A DNA stretch of 64,000 nucleotides, from positions 302,374,001-302,438,000 of the forward strand of contig CM126205.1 in assembly GCA_052327205.1 (NCBI GenBank). The letters run 5' to 3'. The notes beneath the pieces were generated by a model. The model did not search any database. It was not told the DNA's origin and saw nothing but the letters and a program-made list of their open reading frames with translations. The DNA comes from Somniosus microcephalus (Eukaryota). Both the position numbers and the translations under genes were made by a program. Shown here one piece after another: positions 48,002-59,822 of the stretch (position 1 is the stretch's first letter; every line of letters begins with the position of its first letter).

Positions 48002-48131
48002 TAAGTGGTGAGATGTAGGGAGGGGCTTTTACAAGAGGCCGGAGTCCGACAGTATTCCCCGAGACATGGCTGAAACCTAAAATTTACCATGGACAATCAC
48101 AGGTGCAGCCCTGAGCGTGCCCACATTCTAC

Positions 48132-48565
48132 TACTCCTTGGCACAGCATATTGAAACTCCATAAACACTCTGCTGCTGTGAAAATTCTTTTTCAGAAAGA
48201 GCAATGGAATTCATCTCTTTCTCCTCCATGTATCACTACTTTGCTCCATTTTTTTATTTGCTGCATCTAGAAAAAAAACATATCATGTCCTCAAGACATC
48301 TCAAACATGGCAGCCAATCTACACATAACAAGCCCCTGCTAAAAGCAAACAAGCTGAGTGACCAGTTAATCTTTTAGTGGTGTATTACACCAATTCTATT
48401 GCTGTGATCCTGTGACAAATGTATACACATTACAAAGTAAGGAACAGCATAACCATCAAAGTTACTCTTTGACACAGCATATTGAAACTCCATAAACATT
48501 CTGCTGCTGTGAAAATTATTTTTCTAAAAGAGCAATAGAATTCATCTCTTTCTCCTCCATGTATC
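48132..48565. repeat. 103-bp direct repeat (48132-48234 / 48463-48565)
   Basis: CACAGCATATTGAAACTCCATAAACA.TCTGCTGCTGTGAAAATT...GAATTCATCTCTTTCTCCTCCATGTATC occurs twice. Confidence 0.9.
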
Positions 48566-49194
48566 CCCTCTCCTAGACAGAATTTCATAACACTGGAGGT
48601 GAGGAATAAAAAAAACAAGGCAAAGCTGAGACAATTAGCCTGACTTCTTCAGAGAAGCAGCAATGAAAAATAACTATGGGAACTCAGCAAAAACATTTAA
48701 TAGGAACTATGCCATCTGTATGAACAGGAACATTACTAATGCCAATTCTTTATGATGCCACTACCCAACTCAAACCTCACAAGCGACTACTTTGGGACTC
48801 AGGGTGCAAATCCTTAAAACCATAGTGTGCAGTACTTCTTCACCTTTTTACAATGTAAAAAAATGTTACAAAGACATTTTTGGTCATTTCAAATATTCTT
48901 GACAGCTAGTACATTTATAAAAGACAGGAACCTTTGCTCACATAGTATAGATGTAAAAATCCATTGCTGGAGAAAATAAAATGTTCAGTCTTCCATTCAA
49001 CAGTGTTATTACAAACTCTCCACAGGTTTCAGTATTGATTTTTCTCCAACCTTAAAAAAAAGGTGACAATAGTGCTAAAAGAAAAGCTAGTTGTCCTTGT
49101 TGTAAAATAATGTTTTGTAACAAAATATAAATACAATTACATGAGCTTCATGTAAAAGCATTATAGGGATTTCAGTACATTAAAAAAATATAAT

Positions 49195-49837
49195 GGAGGT
49201 GAAATTCCCCTCGTTTGCGTTTCCGGTGGGAGGTTAGCGGCGGTGCTACCGGGTATCGCCCTACTCTACTGCGCCCGAATATCATGACATCATCTCCGGG
49301 CGCAGCGCCCCGGTAGCGCCTCGGCAGAAAAATTCGCACTCGCGACCCCCGCAGCAGCGCCAGGCGATGTTACCAACTGCTACAGGGGTCGCGAACAGTG
49401 AGGCCGGCCGCTCACGGGGCGCAACTTAAAGGCGCGGCGGGTGGCCGGCTGGCCCCCCAAAAAGCCGATCTTTTTAAAAAAAATTATTTTCGGCCACCGG
49501 TTGCGGCGTCTGTGCTGCGATCGCTCAGCCCAGCGCTCTGCTGATTGCGCGGCACTCCCGCTTTCCCAATGGTCCAGAAATCTACAATGAAACCGACAGA
49601 GCTTGCAGCATGGGGCCCTTCCCTTTAATGCAGGGAAGAGCCCCTGCAACCGGATCGGGACATTCCCCGCCTCTTGCTCTCCAAGAGGCAAGCAGAGTGC
49701 TTGATTTAGCTCCACTTCCCTCTTGGAGCAGAAAGAGGAAATTTAACAAATGTTTGAAAAGGTTAGTGCCTGGCGCTGACTTTCCAAACATTTTTCACTT
49801 GGCACCCCGAACGGCCCTCATGGGGAATTTCTCCCCC
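49195..49837. mobile_element. Non-autonomous Harbinger-type element (MITE)
   Basis: 16-bp TIR GGAGGTGAAATTCCCC / GGGGAATTTCTCCCCC (2 mismatches), TSD AAT on both sides, CpG-rich with TAGCGCC-like motifs. Confidence 0.85.
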
Positions 49838-51257
49838 AATCTGTCTAAAAAGAATTCAACTCTTGGAAAATATGAGTTAATTTTGCTTTTCTGACTGATC
49901 ATTCAGTGATCCATATTTGACAACTAATAAGCCATCAGTAAAAGAGAAGGCACAATCTTTAACAATATGAACGCGATCAATAGAGTTTGAAGAAATCAGT
50001 AAGGTAAAATGTATCCATGAACAGATAAAAAAATAATTGCTAAACCCGATTAGGATGAGGCCCAACACATAGGTGTGGTACCTAGCAAGTATATTGCATA
50101 TCACAACTGTCTTCTTTCAGGCTACTTCACTGCTATCATCAATCTGTGTCTAAATGATATAACCAAGGTATTAATGACCCATTTGAGAGCTAGTAATTAA
50201 TTTAACCATGGCCAACCAACCAATTAAACACCTCGCCAGATATCAGGTGGCTCAACGTTGTGGAACCAATTGAACCAATCACTAAAGCTGAAGCCCTAGT
50301 GCAGAAAAGATGCAATGATATAACATCAAAATGTTCAAGAGCGTGTTGTTACAATGCAGAGGCTTAAAAGAGATGGCCTTTTAGCATAATAAAGCATTGA
50401 CAGAGCACAAAAAACTGAAAATACAGTACTGAGAATAATAATATCATTTTATTAGGGCATTACCAGCCCAGAGGGTCTTATTAATAGTCTTCACTTCTCT
50501 TGGGCAAGTAATAAGTACCTTAAATCTGGTGATGGCTATGTTGTGCAAACATGATATTATTACTGCATCGGATCAACCTCTTTTACACTTTTTCTCTACA
50601 TTTTCACACCATAGAAACTACCCAGCTACCTTATTATTATACTATCATATTTCTCAACCAGTTCTAGTTGCAGAACTGCTCATTATAAATTCATGCTAAA
50701 TGAAATGTAGTACTTAAATTAAAAAATTACAGAGAAGATACATTGAATTGAACAGTGGGATACACAGTTTATTGCTCAAGTAAGGAAGGTCACATGGGTA
50801 CAATAGCTCCTTAATAAAGTCACTCATGGATTATGAAGGTCTGACTATCACAAGTGGACACCACTATTTGCCATATGTATTCTATTTCTTCCATTGATAA
50901 GAATGCAAACACAACAACTGGTGAAGAAAGTTATTTTTAGCTAAATGGAAGCAGACACTGAAAATAGCTAAATGTCAGTGAGATTTCTGGAGGAATCTCT
51001 TAGAACCTCAGAGAAGATGTTACAACATCAGTAAGGAATATGTTCTTCCAAAGGAGTGAGATAATAGGTTCTGAGACCAGCACCTTTGGCATACTTAAAG
51101 GATATACAAAGGAAGGAATTGAATGCCACAAATATTCAATGAGTAAGCTGAAAATATAACTGATGAGTGAAGGTTGTGATTTGGTTACGTAGAGATAGTC
51201 AGTGCTTTACATGGATTTAATAATTGTCGTTTTCTTTTCTTATGATAGTTAAAACTG

Positions 51258-51490
51258 TGTATTGAGGGCATTAAATGTGAACCTTGTAGTCATGTGTAGG
51301 CCAGACCAGGTAGTCGTAGCAGACTCCCTGAAGGACATCAGTGAACCAGCTGGGTTTTTACAACAATCTGGTAGGTTTCATGGTCAATTTTTCTTGGTGG
51401 CAGCTGAGACATCAGATTTATTGAATTCAATTTTGCAGTTTGCCATGGGATTTGAACTCATGGCCTCTAGGTTCCTAGTCCAGTAACAAA
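51258..51490 (-). mobile_element. SINE fragment, same family as 21586-21900
   Basis: Reverse-complement similarity (TAGGCCAGACCAGG..GAAGGACAT.AGT.AACCAG.TGGGTTTTTA). Confidence 0.7.
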
Positions 51491-51687
51491 ATCATTATAT
51501 TAACAATATCTCAGAAGAAAAAGATCAGATATTAGTGATATAACACCATTGTCACTGAAGTCATTGGTAGTTTTTTATAAAATTTAAATGAATGTACCTA
51601 TGAGATAGTGAAACAGAATTATGCACCAATCAATTAGCATGTCAACGAATCCATAACATGAATGTGAAAGTTTGTGCTTATTCATGT

Positions 51688-52147
51688 GTCAGTCGTGGCT
51701 CGGTTAGTAACACCCTTGCCTCTGAGTCAGAATGTTGTGGGTTCAAGTCCCACTCCAGAGACTTGAGCACAAAATCTAGGCTGACACTCCAGTGCGGTAC
51801 TTTGGGAGTGCTGCACTGTTGGAGGTGCCGCCTTTCAGATGAGATGTTAAACCGAGGTCCCTTTTGCTCTCTCAGGTGGACATAAAAGATCCTATGGCAC
51901 TATTTCGAAGAAGAGCTGGGGAGTTTTTCCGGTTTCCAAGCCAATACATATCCCTCAATCACATTGCTAAAAACATTATCTGGTCATCATTACATTGCTG
52001 TTTGTGGGAGCTTGCTGTGCGCAAATTGGCTGCAGTGTTTCCTACATTACAACAGTGACTACACTTCAAAAAGTACTTAATTGGCTGTAAAACACTTTGG
52101 GACATCCGGTGGTCATGAAAGGTGCTATATAAAAGCAAGTCTTTCTT
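51688..52147 (+). mobile_element. DeuSINE (SacSINE1-like), near full length
   Basis: tRNA head with B-box GGTTCAAGTCCC, Deu domain GGAGGTGCCGCCTTTCAGATGAGATGTTAAACCGAGG..CTCAGGTGGACATAAAAGATCCTATGGCACTATTT, and L2-like tail GCTATATAAAAGCAAGTCTTTCTT. Confidence 0.88.
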
Positions 52148-54315
52148 ATTGATTTGAATAGAAAATGAGTCATGGAAATAGTATAAATTGCTATTCGAGA
52201 TAATCAGTGTTTTACAGGAACATTGTTATCACCATTATCTGCAAGTCCAGTGATGAAACCATAAACATTTCCCACCCAGACAAGTTGTGAACATCATAAC
52301 ATATATTTTCTGGTGGTGCAGCAATGGAACAAGTACTGGGGAACTAGAACATCCAGCTCAGATCCATATAGCCAAATCTGCACCATCTTTAGTGCTGAGC
52401 ACGATTTTCCAGGAGATCTTTTAGACTGGTCTAAAGTTGTCTTGCGGAAGGAGCTATAGGATCATTTAAATATTATAATATATTGAAATGAAACATAATA
52501 CAGTTTTCAATTTACTTAATTTGGGCTGGATGATCCCTTCATCCATCTGGAGTGACCCTAAAGAAAGTCCACGAGTGATGGAGCTAGTTTTTAGCCTTTA
52601 TTTTAAATTGGGGTTTTACAGTGCATTTTTATTACTGGCTTTGGTATTAATTTTTGTTGGCGTTTTTATGAAAAAATACTTTTTATTTTGAACATTGCGT
52701 TTTTCTTTCTCCTTCACAGTACATAATGTTTATGTGGAATCACTTAATTTGCCAGATATTTCCTGCTAATTCACTGGAAAGCACACTGTAATTGAAACAT
52801 TTTCAAGACTTCAGCAGAACAGCAAGAACTGGAATAAAAAAAAGGGGACATGAAAAGGGCCTCTTACGATGCAAATACTCATGGCATCTCGGAGAATGAT
52901 TCGGCATTGAAGTGAAGAATCGTGTATCAATCCGTGAGTCAAGTTAAAATTGATGATGGGTGAGGTTTTGAAGCACGACAAATACAGTATTCCATGGATT
53001 TAAGTGGTACAAAATAAAATAAGGCACATCAAGGAGATCTGCAGGCCAGATGGTCAGCATCTATATCTGCAACTTGTTCTATAGATACCTAGAAATATTA
53101 TGGCAAACTAGCTTTTCAGGCTCTGTGTCAGCACTGATCCAGTTGCTGGCCCATGCTATCTGCTGCAAGGACACCTGAAGCCAACCGTCATCATATGGGC
53201 AGTAGCTCCAACATTAGTCAAGATTACTTCCTCGCACAACTTTTTGAGCAGAAGGATTATGTGCACTATTAGCCAATGTGCTGTCCGTTCATTATCAGAC
53301 AACTGACTAATACGCCTTGGGATGTTTTACTACTTTATAGGTGCTATATAAAGGCACATTGTTGTTGTAATGTACAAGTAAGTATATTCTGCATCTCTTT
53401 ACCCACTGAATAGAAGGGAAGCATGACTTGGCTTTGCAATATCATTGGACTACTGCATTCACTAAAGTTCAGGAGTCATTGATGGCAATCGCACAGCCAT
53501 CCTGCAGCCCATCCTGTGTGTCAGCAAGTGATCATGGTTGCCATATATGTGTGAAGCTCTTTGAAGATGTATGTGCCAAATTTGTATCCATTGTATGTTG
53601 TGGGGATTGGAAAATAAACCCTTATGTAAGTTGAAAACCTGACGGCCTCAAAGTGGCTTTTCCATTTCCTAATACAACCATCTGGTATTTTCTTTTACTG
53701 ATACAGGTTACTAAAGGGGTATCGTTCAGCATGATAACACAGCTCACTGTCACGCCAAATTGCTTGATCACTCAGCGGCAGAGTCAGGATTCATGCTTAT
53801 GACTGCACATACATCCGGTTACTTGTAATAAATTGAGGCACAGAACAGAAGCCAATTGCTTCTTCAGAGAGAGTCACTCCATGTCATTCTTGTGTTCCTT
53901 ATTGAAGCGGGTTGAAGAGTGTTGTTGGCAGAGCATGTTGCCTTCTCACCATCTTGGCTGGGAAATGGATCACAGGAGAAAATTATCTGTAATTTGGGCC
54001 AATTTTGTTTTTAACTATACATAAAAAAGGACTCCAAATGGATGAGACTTAATCAGGTCATATAACAATAAAGTTTTTGTTTCTCCATCAATGTCAATCA
54101 CTAACCTCCTTGGTTCCTAACAATGGAAAAATCACTGCACATTCTTACTCAATTACTCTCTTGCATGCTGAACTTTTGCCCTATTTGTTTATTGATGGTT
54201 GGCTCTCCCCAACAGGAACCTTGACAACAAGGTCTCTTTAAGAGGAATTTACCACTATCAGACTTGTTTTTACAGGGCATTGACATTAAAGTTAGATTCT
54301 AGCTAGAAAATCTTA

Positions 54316-54383
54316 TTTGGCCTTTAGGGGAACTGTCTATGTGTACGCAAATGCTCCCATAGACAGTTCCCCTTAAGGCTAAA
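54316..54383. other. Near-perfect hairpin (stem of about 26 bp, 16-nt loop)
   Basis: TTTGGCCTTTAGGGGAACTGTCTATG / CATAGACAGTTCCCCTTAAGGCTAAA. Confidence 0.85.
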
Positions 54384-56415
54384 GCAGAGCCAAATTTAGT
54401 CAAAAACACAGTGAAACTAAACTAAAAATCCTGTCTCCCTCCTAGAACTCAAGGGCCAAATGAACACATAAATCAGATCAAAATTTCCATTTCACCTTTG
54501 GAAGAATAAATAATCTAGCACAAGTATGGAATTGCTCAATTCTGCTAAACCACCCTGGTTCAGATACATTTATTCATTAGGCTCAAACCTGCACTCATCC
54601 CTAAAGCAGGTATAAAAGACAGTTCTGACACACTAATCCAGTAATGCCTAAAAGCTCTGTGCTTTTTTCTAGACGCTAAACGTAACGTAAACTAGGAAAG
54701 GCCTGGTCTACTGCAGCTAAAGGAAGAAAACAATAGCAACCTAAAACCCAGACAATATCCTCAAAACAGTTCAGAAAAAATAAAGTTAAAGCTAAACTAC
54801 ACAATGGCTTAAATGTCACAATGTTTCAGGTTTTTTTTTTACTCCATTTAAGTACAATTTCCTACATTTATATTTTGATAAAACGAGAGACATTACTGAC
54901 TATCTAAGATATCTATCTGGACAAAGTTTCACATGTACACAAGGCTCCCAGGATTAACAAAATCAAAGCTCTCTATAATAGATTTTATCAGTGTAGCCTA
55001 CTACAATCTGTGGTTGGCCTCTCACAATTACCGGTAATTCACTACTTTAGAGCTAGCTCCTAGGGTCACTGTGATTAGGTTAGAAATTTGCAGCATTTGA
55101 TGTGTGCTAAAGGGGAAAACTTGATCTTTTGTAAAATGCACATAATAAGCTGCATGATATCCCTGAATGGCAAAATATGCTGTTGGCTGGATTAATATTA
55201 AACTCAAAAAATGTACTCTTCAAAATAATGAAAAAAAATGAAAATGCAAAATCCATCTTGCGTGGGATTGTAATTCAATCGTGGTTACTGCTCTTTTAAA
55301 CTGTACTGAGTTTCCTTTGTAACTTGTGAGATATGCATGCAACTTCTATTATATGTTTCCAAGAATAATACTGAGCAGTGTTGTAGTGTTAAAAATTATT
55401 AGAGAGGTTTGTGTTAACCCTTGGGGTACAAAACACCCCACAGCATTTTCAAAATACAGAGGGGTCAATGTTTCTGTCAGTATGCCATGGGAATGCTCTC
55501 CTGTGTTACAACACTTCAAAAGTACTTCATTGGCTGTAAAACACTTCAGGACTGCTAAGGCCATATAAAGTGCTATATAAATGCAAGTCTTTCTTTTATT
55601 ATCTTTCCTGGGCACTAACTGGAAATAGAGGCAGAGACCCTTGATGTTGGATCTCTGACCCGCTTTATGCTGTCTTGGGATTTCCCATGTGCTCCTGTGG
55701 AAACGAGGCAAGAGGGCTCGTTCTGAGCTTCCCCCCCCCGCCCTCCCCCACCCCGCACCACCACTTTCCTGGTGTTGCTTCAGATGGGAGCCTGTACCCA
55801 CGGGTGCTTGAAGAAGCTGGCAGTGGGTCTTTAACCACGGACCCCTTCAGATCAGAGGGTCTGAGGAATCCAGGTAGCACGCAAGCCACAAAGATAAATG
55901 CTCTCTTTAAAACTTAATATATATTTTTTAAATCCTTACTTTTCCTTTCTTTTTTTTAAATCTCTCTCTTAATCCAATCTTTATTGCTCTTTCCGTACCT
56001 GATTTGACTCTATTTGACCCTACTTCCTTCTCCATAATTCCTCTGTTTCTTTATCAATCCTTTAATCACATTTGTTAAGGGGATACAGTCACCGCTCACC
56101 ATTGCCCTCGACCAGTTGTATCAGCTCATACTTCCAGCAGGTTACGGCGCAAATATTTTTCGAGCTGAAGGTTGCAGGAAAAAGTCTAACTAACGGTGTA
56201 CACCGCGAGAAGCCCCACTCCAGCAAGATATAATCAATTATATCACACTTATCCACATTAACTTGCATATTCAACCTGTCTGGGCCATCCCACCAACCTG
56301 TCTATGTCTTCCCAAAGTCCTTTTCAGTTTTCCCTGCTGTTTGCCTTACCCCCTAGTCTTGTGTCACTAGCAAATTTTGAGAGAGTGCTTCCCCTACCCA
56401 AGTTCAAATCATCTA

Positions 56416-56770
56416 CAGGAAACTCTTTTTTATCCGGCACCGACGGGACCGGCGTGGTGCCGGTTGATCAAAAAGTCCGGATTACAGAGAGGTATACTTA
56501 CCAAGGTACGAGAGCCCCGTACACGGCCACAGGTGCAGGAGCCCCGGTTACACAGCACTTGTGCAGGAGTCCCGGTTACACGGCCACAGATCCAGGAGTC
56601 CCTGTTGCATGGCCACAGGTGCAGGAACCCAGGTTACATGGCCACAGATCCAGGAACCCCGGTTACACGGCCACTAATATATAGTAAAATTTAACTGAAC
56701 CTACTCCTGAATTTTGCTGGTTAAGAGAGATTTCTGGATATTTAGGTGCCGGTTAAAAGAGAGTTTCCTG
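56416..56770. mobile_element. Tc1/mariner (Tigger/pogo-like) MITE with an internal minisatellite, inside an old minus-strand CR1
   Basis: TA|CAGGAAACTCTTTTTTATCCGGCACC ... GGTGCCGGTTAAAAGAGAGTTTCCTG|TA. About six copies of a roughly 29-bp unit (AGGAGCCCCGGTTACACGGCCACAGGTGC) at 56510-56673. Confidence 0.85.
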
Positions 56771-59367
56771 TATATACAGCAAGAACAAATGTGGACCCAG
56801 CATTGACCTCTGGGATACACCACTTGCAACCCTTCTCCAATATGAGCAGCACCCATTTACTTCTTTGTTTTCTGACCATAAACCAAACCAACTATCTATC
56901 CATATTGGTACATTTTCTCTTTCAGCATATACTTGAATTTTTCTAACAAGCCTCCTGTAAGACATGTGATCGAACACCTTCTGGAAATTTATCTACACTA
57001 CATCTACTGTATTCCCTTTATCGACTAAATCAGTCACCTCTTCAAATAACCAAATTAAATTTGCTAAACAGAACTTACCTTTAACAAATGCATGTTGGCT
57101 GTCCTTGATTAGCCTAGGCAGCTCTAAATGATTACTAATTTTATTTCAAATTATGGATTTGAAAAGGATGTTTTTAACCTGTCTACCTGGTGGGAATGAG
57201 ACGGGTGAGTGGTTAAATGGTAGACTGGTGCTTCCCGCTGCATTCCCGGTTGCTATTTTAACTTCTGGGTTTTCAGCAGCATGGGGGCCGCTTGCTATAG
57301 GCAGGCCTCGTTAATATCTAAAAGTAAGGGTCCGATGATGATCCTGAAGCAATATTAACTATCTGCCGCACCGGTGACACTCAACGCTGGGCATCCCAGT
57401 GAAACCTGGCAGGCAGGGTCAGTCAAAAGAAACCCAAGTAAGTTTTAAATTTCAATTTTTTTTAAGGGTTCCCGCTGGACCAGGAGGATCAGACACCAAG
57501 GCCGGAATTTTCCCTACTGAGTCGGGTCGGGTGCGTGCGGCCCACGTAACAGGTCGATGTATTGATCAGAGCGCCTTTAGGGTAATGGCCCTTATTAAAA
57601 CAGGCATGCGCATTTCCCGGCCCTATTAAATGGTGCGGGTCTGATGACATCATCGATTACTAATTTCCAGCGGTGATATTTAAAGTAGCCTTGGGCACAT
57701 TGCATTTGAAGGTAGATGCAGAGGTGTGGAGGGAGTATTGGAGAGGAGTGTGTTGTTGCTGAGAAATAGAAAAATGAGTTCACAAAGACAGAGGGCTGCA
57801 CCCCACTTTTTGGATGAATCCCTATATATTCTTCTGGAGGGAGTCAGAGCACGCAGGGAGGTCCTCTTACCTGCTGATGGGTGGAAGAGACATCCCCAAG
57901 AAACCAAAAGGACATAGCTCCAAATTGCTGAGGAGGTCAGCAGCAGAGATGTCATCAGGAGGACATGGGTGCAGTGCCAGAAGCTCTTCAATGATCTGAT
58001 GAGATCAGGAAAGGTGAGTGCAAAGCCACACTCACCTTCATTCTTTTTTTAATTCATTTATGGGGTGTGGGCATCGCAGGCAAGGCCAGCATTTATTGCC
58101 CATCCCTAATTGCCCTTGAGAAGTTCTTGATGTGCCTGTCACCACATCCCCATCACTCTGCCTTCCCAAGCCTACTTCTGCACATTATTACTCATACCAA
58201 CATACCTTGCACGTCCACCCATCCCTCTCTCTATGCACATACTTACATCCCCATCTGACTAACCACCCCTCACACTCACCCTCATCCTAATGTAATCATA
58301 CCAAGTAACATCAAAGAAAGAGGCCATTTGACATTGGCATCACACTACCTTATAGTCACCCTCTACAGATGTAACCCACACATTCCTTACACTTATGCCA
58401 TCACTCTCACTCAAACGTCTCGTCTTTCCCTCCTTGCAGGAGAAGAGAGCCAACAACAACAGGGAGAGAGAGAGAACCGGAGGTGGCCCTCCAGTCTTCA
58501 GTACTTTGACTGTAGCAGAGGAAGTGGCCCTGGCGGTGTCAAGAGTTGCAGAGCTGCTGGCGGTGGGAGACAGAGCGGGGGGGACCTCTCAGCAACCTAG
58601 TGACAGAATTACATCTCATACAGCCACATGGCATACAGCAGTCACTCATATGTTGACTGATGTCAGCAGCCAGTGAATGTTCATCATGTGCATAATGGCA
58701 TCGTTACCCATTCTTAATATAACATTTCTAAATCTTCTTTTTACTCTCCCACAGGTCCATCAAGAGCCCCCCACCCCACCATCCAAGCGGAGGAGGAAGA
58801 CGACTCCTCATAGGAACCTCCAGCCTCTGAGGGCGCACCATCAGCAGACCCAAGTGCACCCAGCACCAGCGCAGATACGCACACCTCGGTGGGTTCTATG
58901 CGAGATAGAGTAGTGTTGTCACCTGGTGTCTCACACTTCACAAGTGAGCAACAGTAGATGGTGGAGACATGGACAGCAGTGGAGACTCCTTGCCGGAGGG
59001 TGCAGGACGCTCCAAGCTCTGCTTAGTTGCATGCAGGCGCTGAACCTCGGGAGCCATCAAGAAAGAGGGTGATCCTGGAGGGGCATAAGAAATGCAGGAG
59101 GCTATGGCAGGTTTTGCAGCCACGATGTCTGCAAATGTGCAGAGAATGGAGGAGTCCATCTCCAACATGAGCCCCACCATGTCACAGGCGATGGCGATGA
59201 TATGCTCTTCCATGGAAAGGATGGCCACCTGCATGGAGCAGCTAATGCGCCACTCACATGAGCACATGCTAGCTATGGAGAACAGAAGGCAGAGGCTCAT
59301 AGATCTCCTATCAAGGAGGGATCTAAATATAGACTTGGGTCCTCATGGCCCCACTGCTGTGCAGCAA

Positions 59368-59784
59368 GGTGCCAGGGTTAAGGACATCTCCTCTGGGCTG
59401 GAAAGAAACTTGCAGTGGGAGGGGGTGGATCCAGTTGTCGTGGTCCATGTTGGTACAAACGACGTAGATAGGACTAGGAAGCCGGTTCTGTTAAAGGAGT
59501 ATGAGCAGCTAGGGGTCAAATTAAAAAACAGAACCTCAAGGGTAATAATCTCTGGATTATTACCTGAGCCACGAGCGAATTTGGCTAGGGCAAATAAAAT
59601 TAGACAGTTAAATGCGTGGCTCAAAGACTGGTGTGGGAGAAATGGGTTTTGCTTCCTGGGACACTGGCACCAGTACTGGGGCAGGAGGGAGCTGTTCCAT
59701 TGGGATGGGCTTCACTTGGCCAGTGCTGGGACTAGAGTCCTGGCAGATCATATAACTAGGGCTGTAGAGAGGGCTTTAAACTAA
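59368..59784 (+). CDS. CR1 ORF1 C-terminal SGNH esterase domain (partial, fused in frame to upstream Harbinger sequence)
   Basis: GARVKD, VHVGTND and DGLHL correspond to SGNH hydrolase blocks II, III and V. Confidence 0.9.
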   Translation, partial: GARVKDISSGLERNLQWEGVDPVVVVHVGTNDVDRTRKPVLLKEYEQLGVKLKNRTSRVIISGLLPEPRANLARANKIRQLNAWLKDWCGRNGFCFLGHWHQYWGRRELFHWDGLHLASAGTRVLADHITRAVERALN

Positions 59785-59822
59785 CTAGTGGGGGGGAGGT
59801 TCCTAGAGAGCAAATAATAAAA

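Noticed and set aside
51688-51770. tRNA gene
   Set aside because: It is the tRNA-derived head of a SINE, continuing into the Deu domain with no complete cloverleaf or terminator. The same applies to 5760-5833 and 41362-41440.
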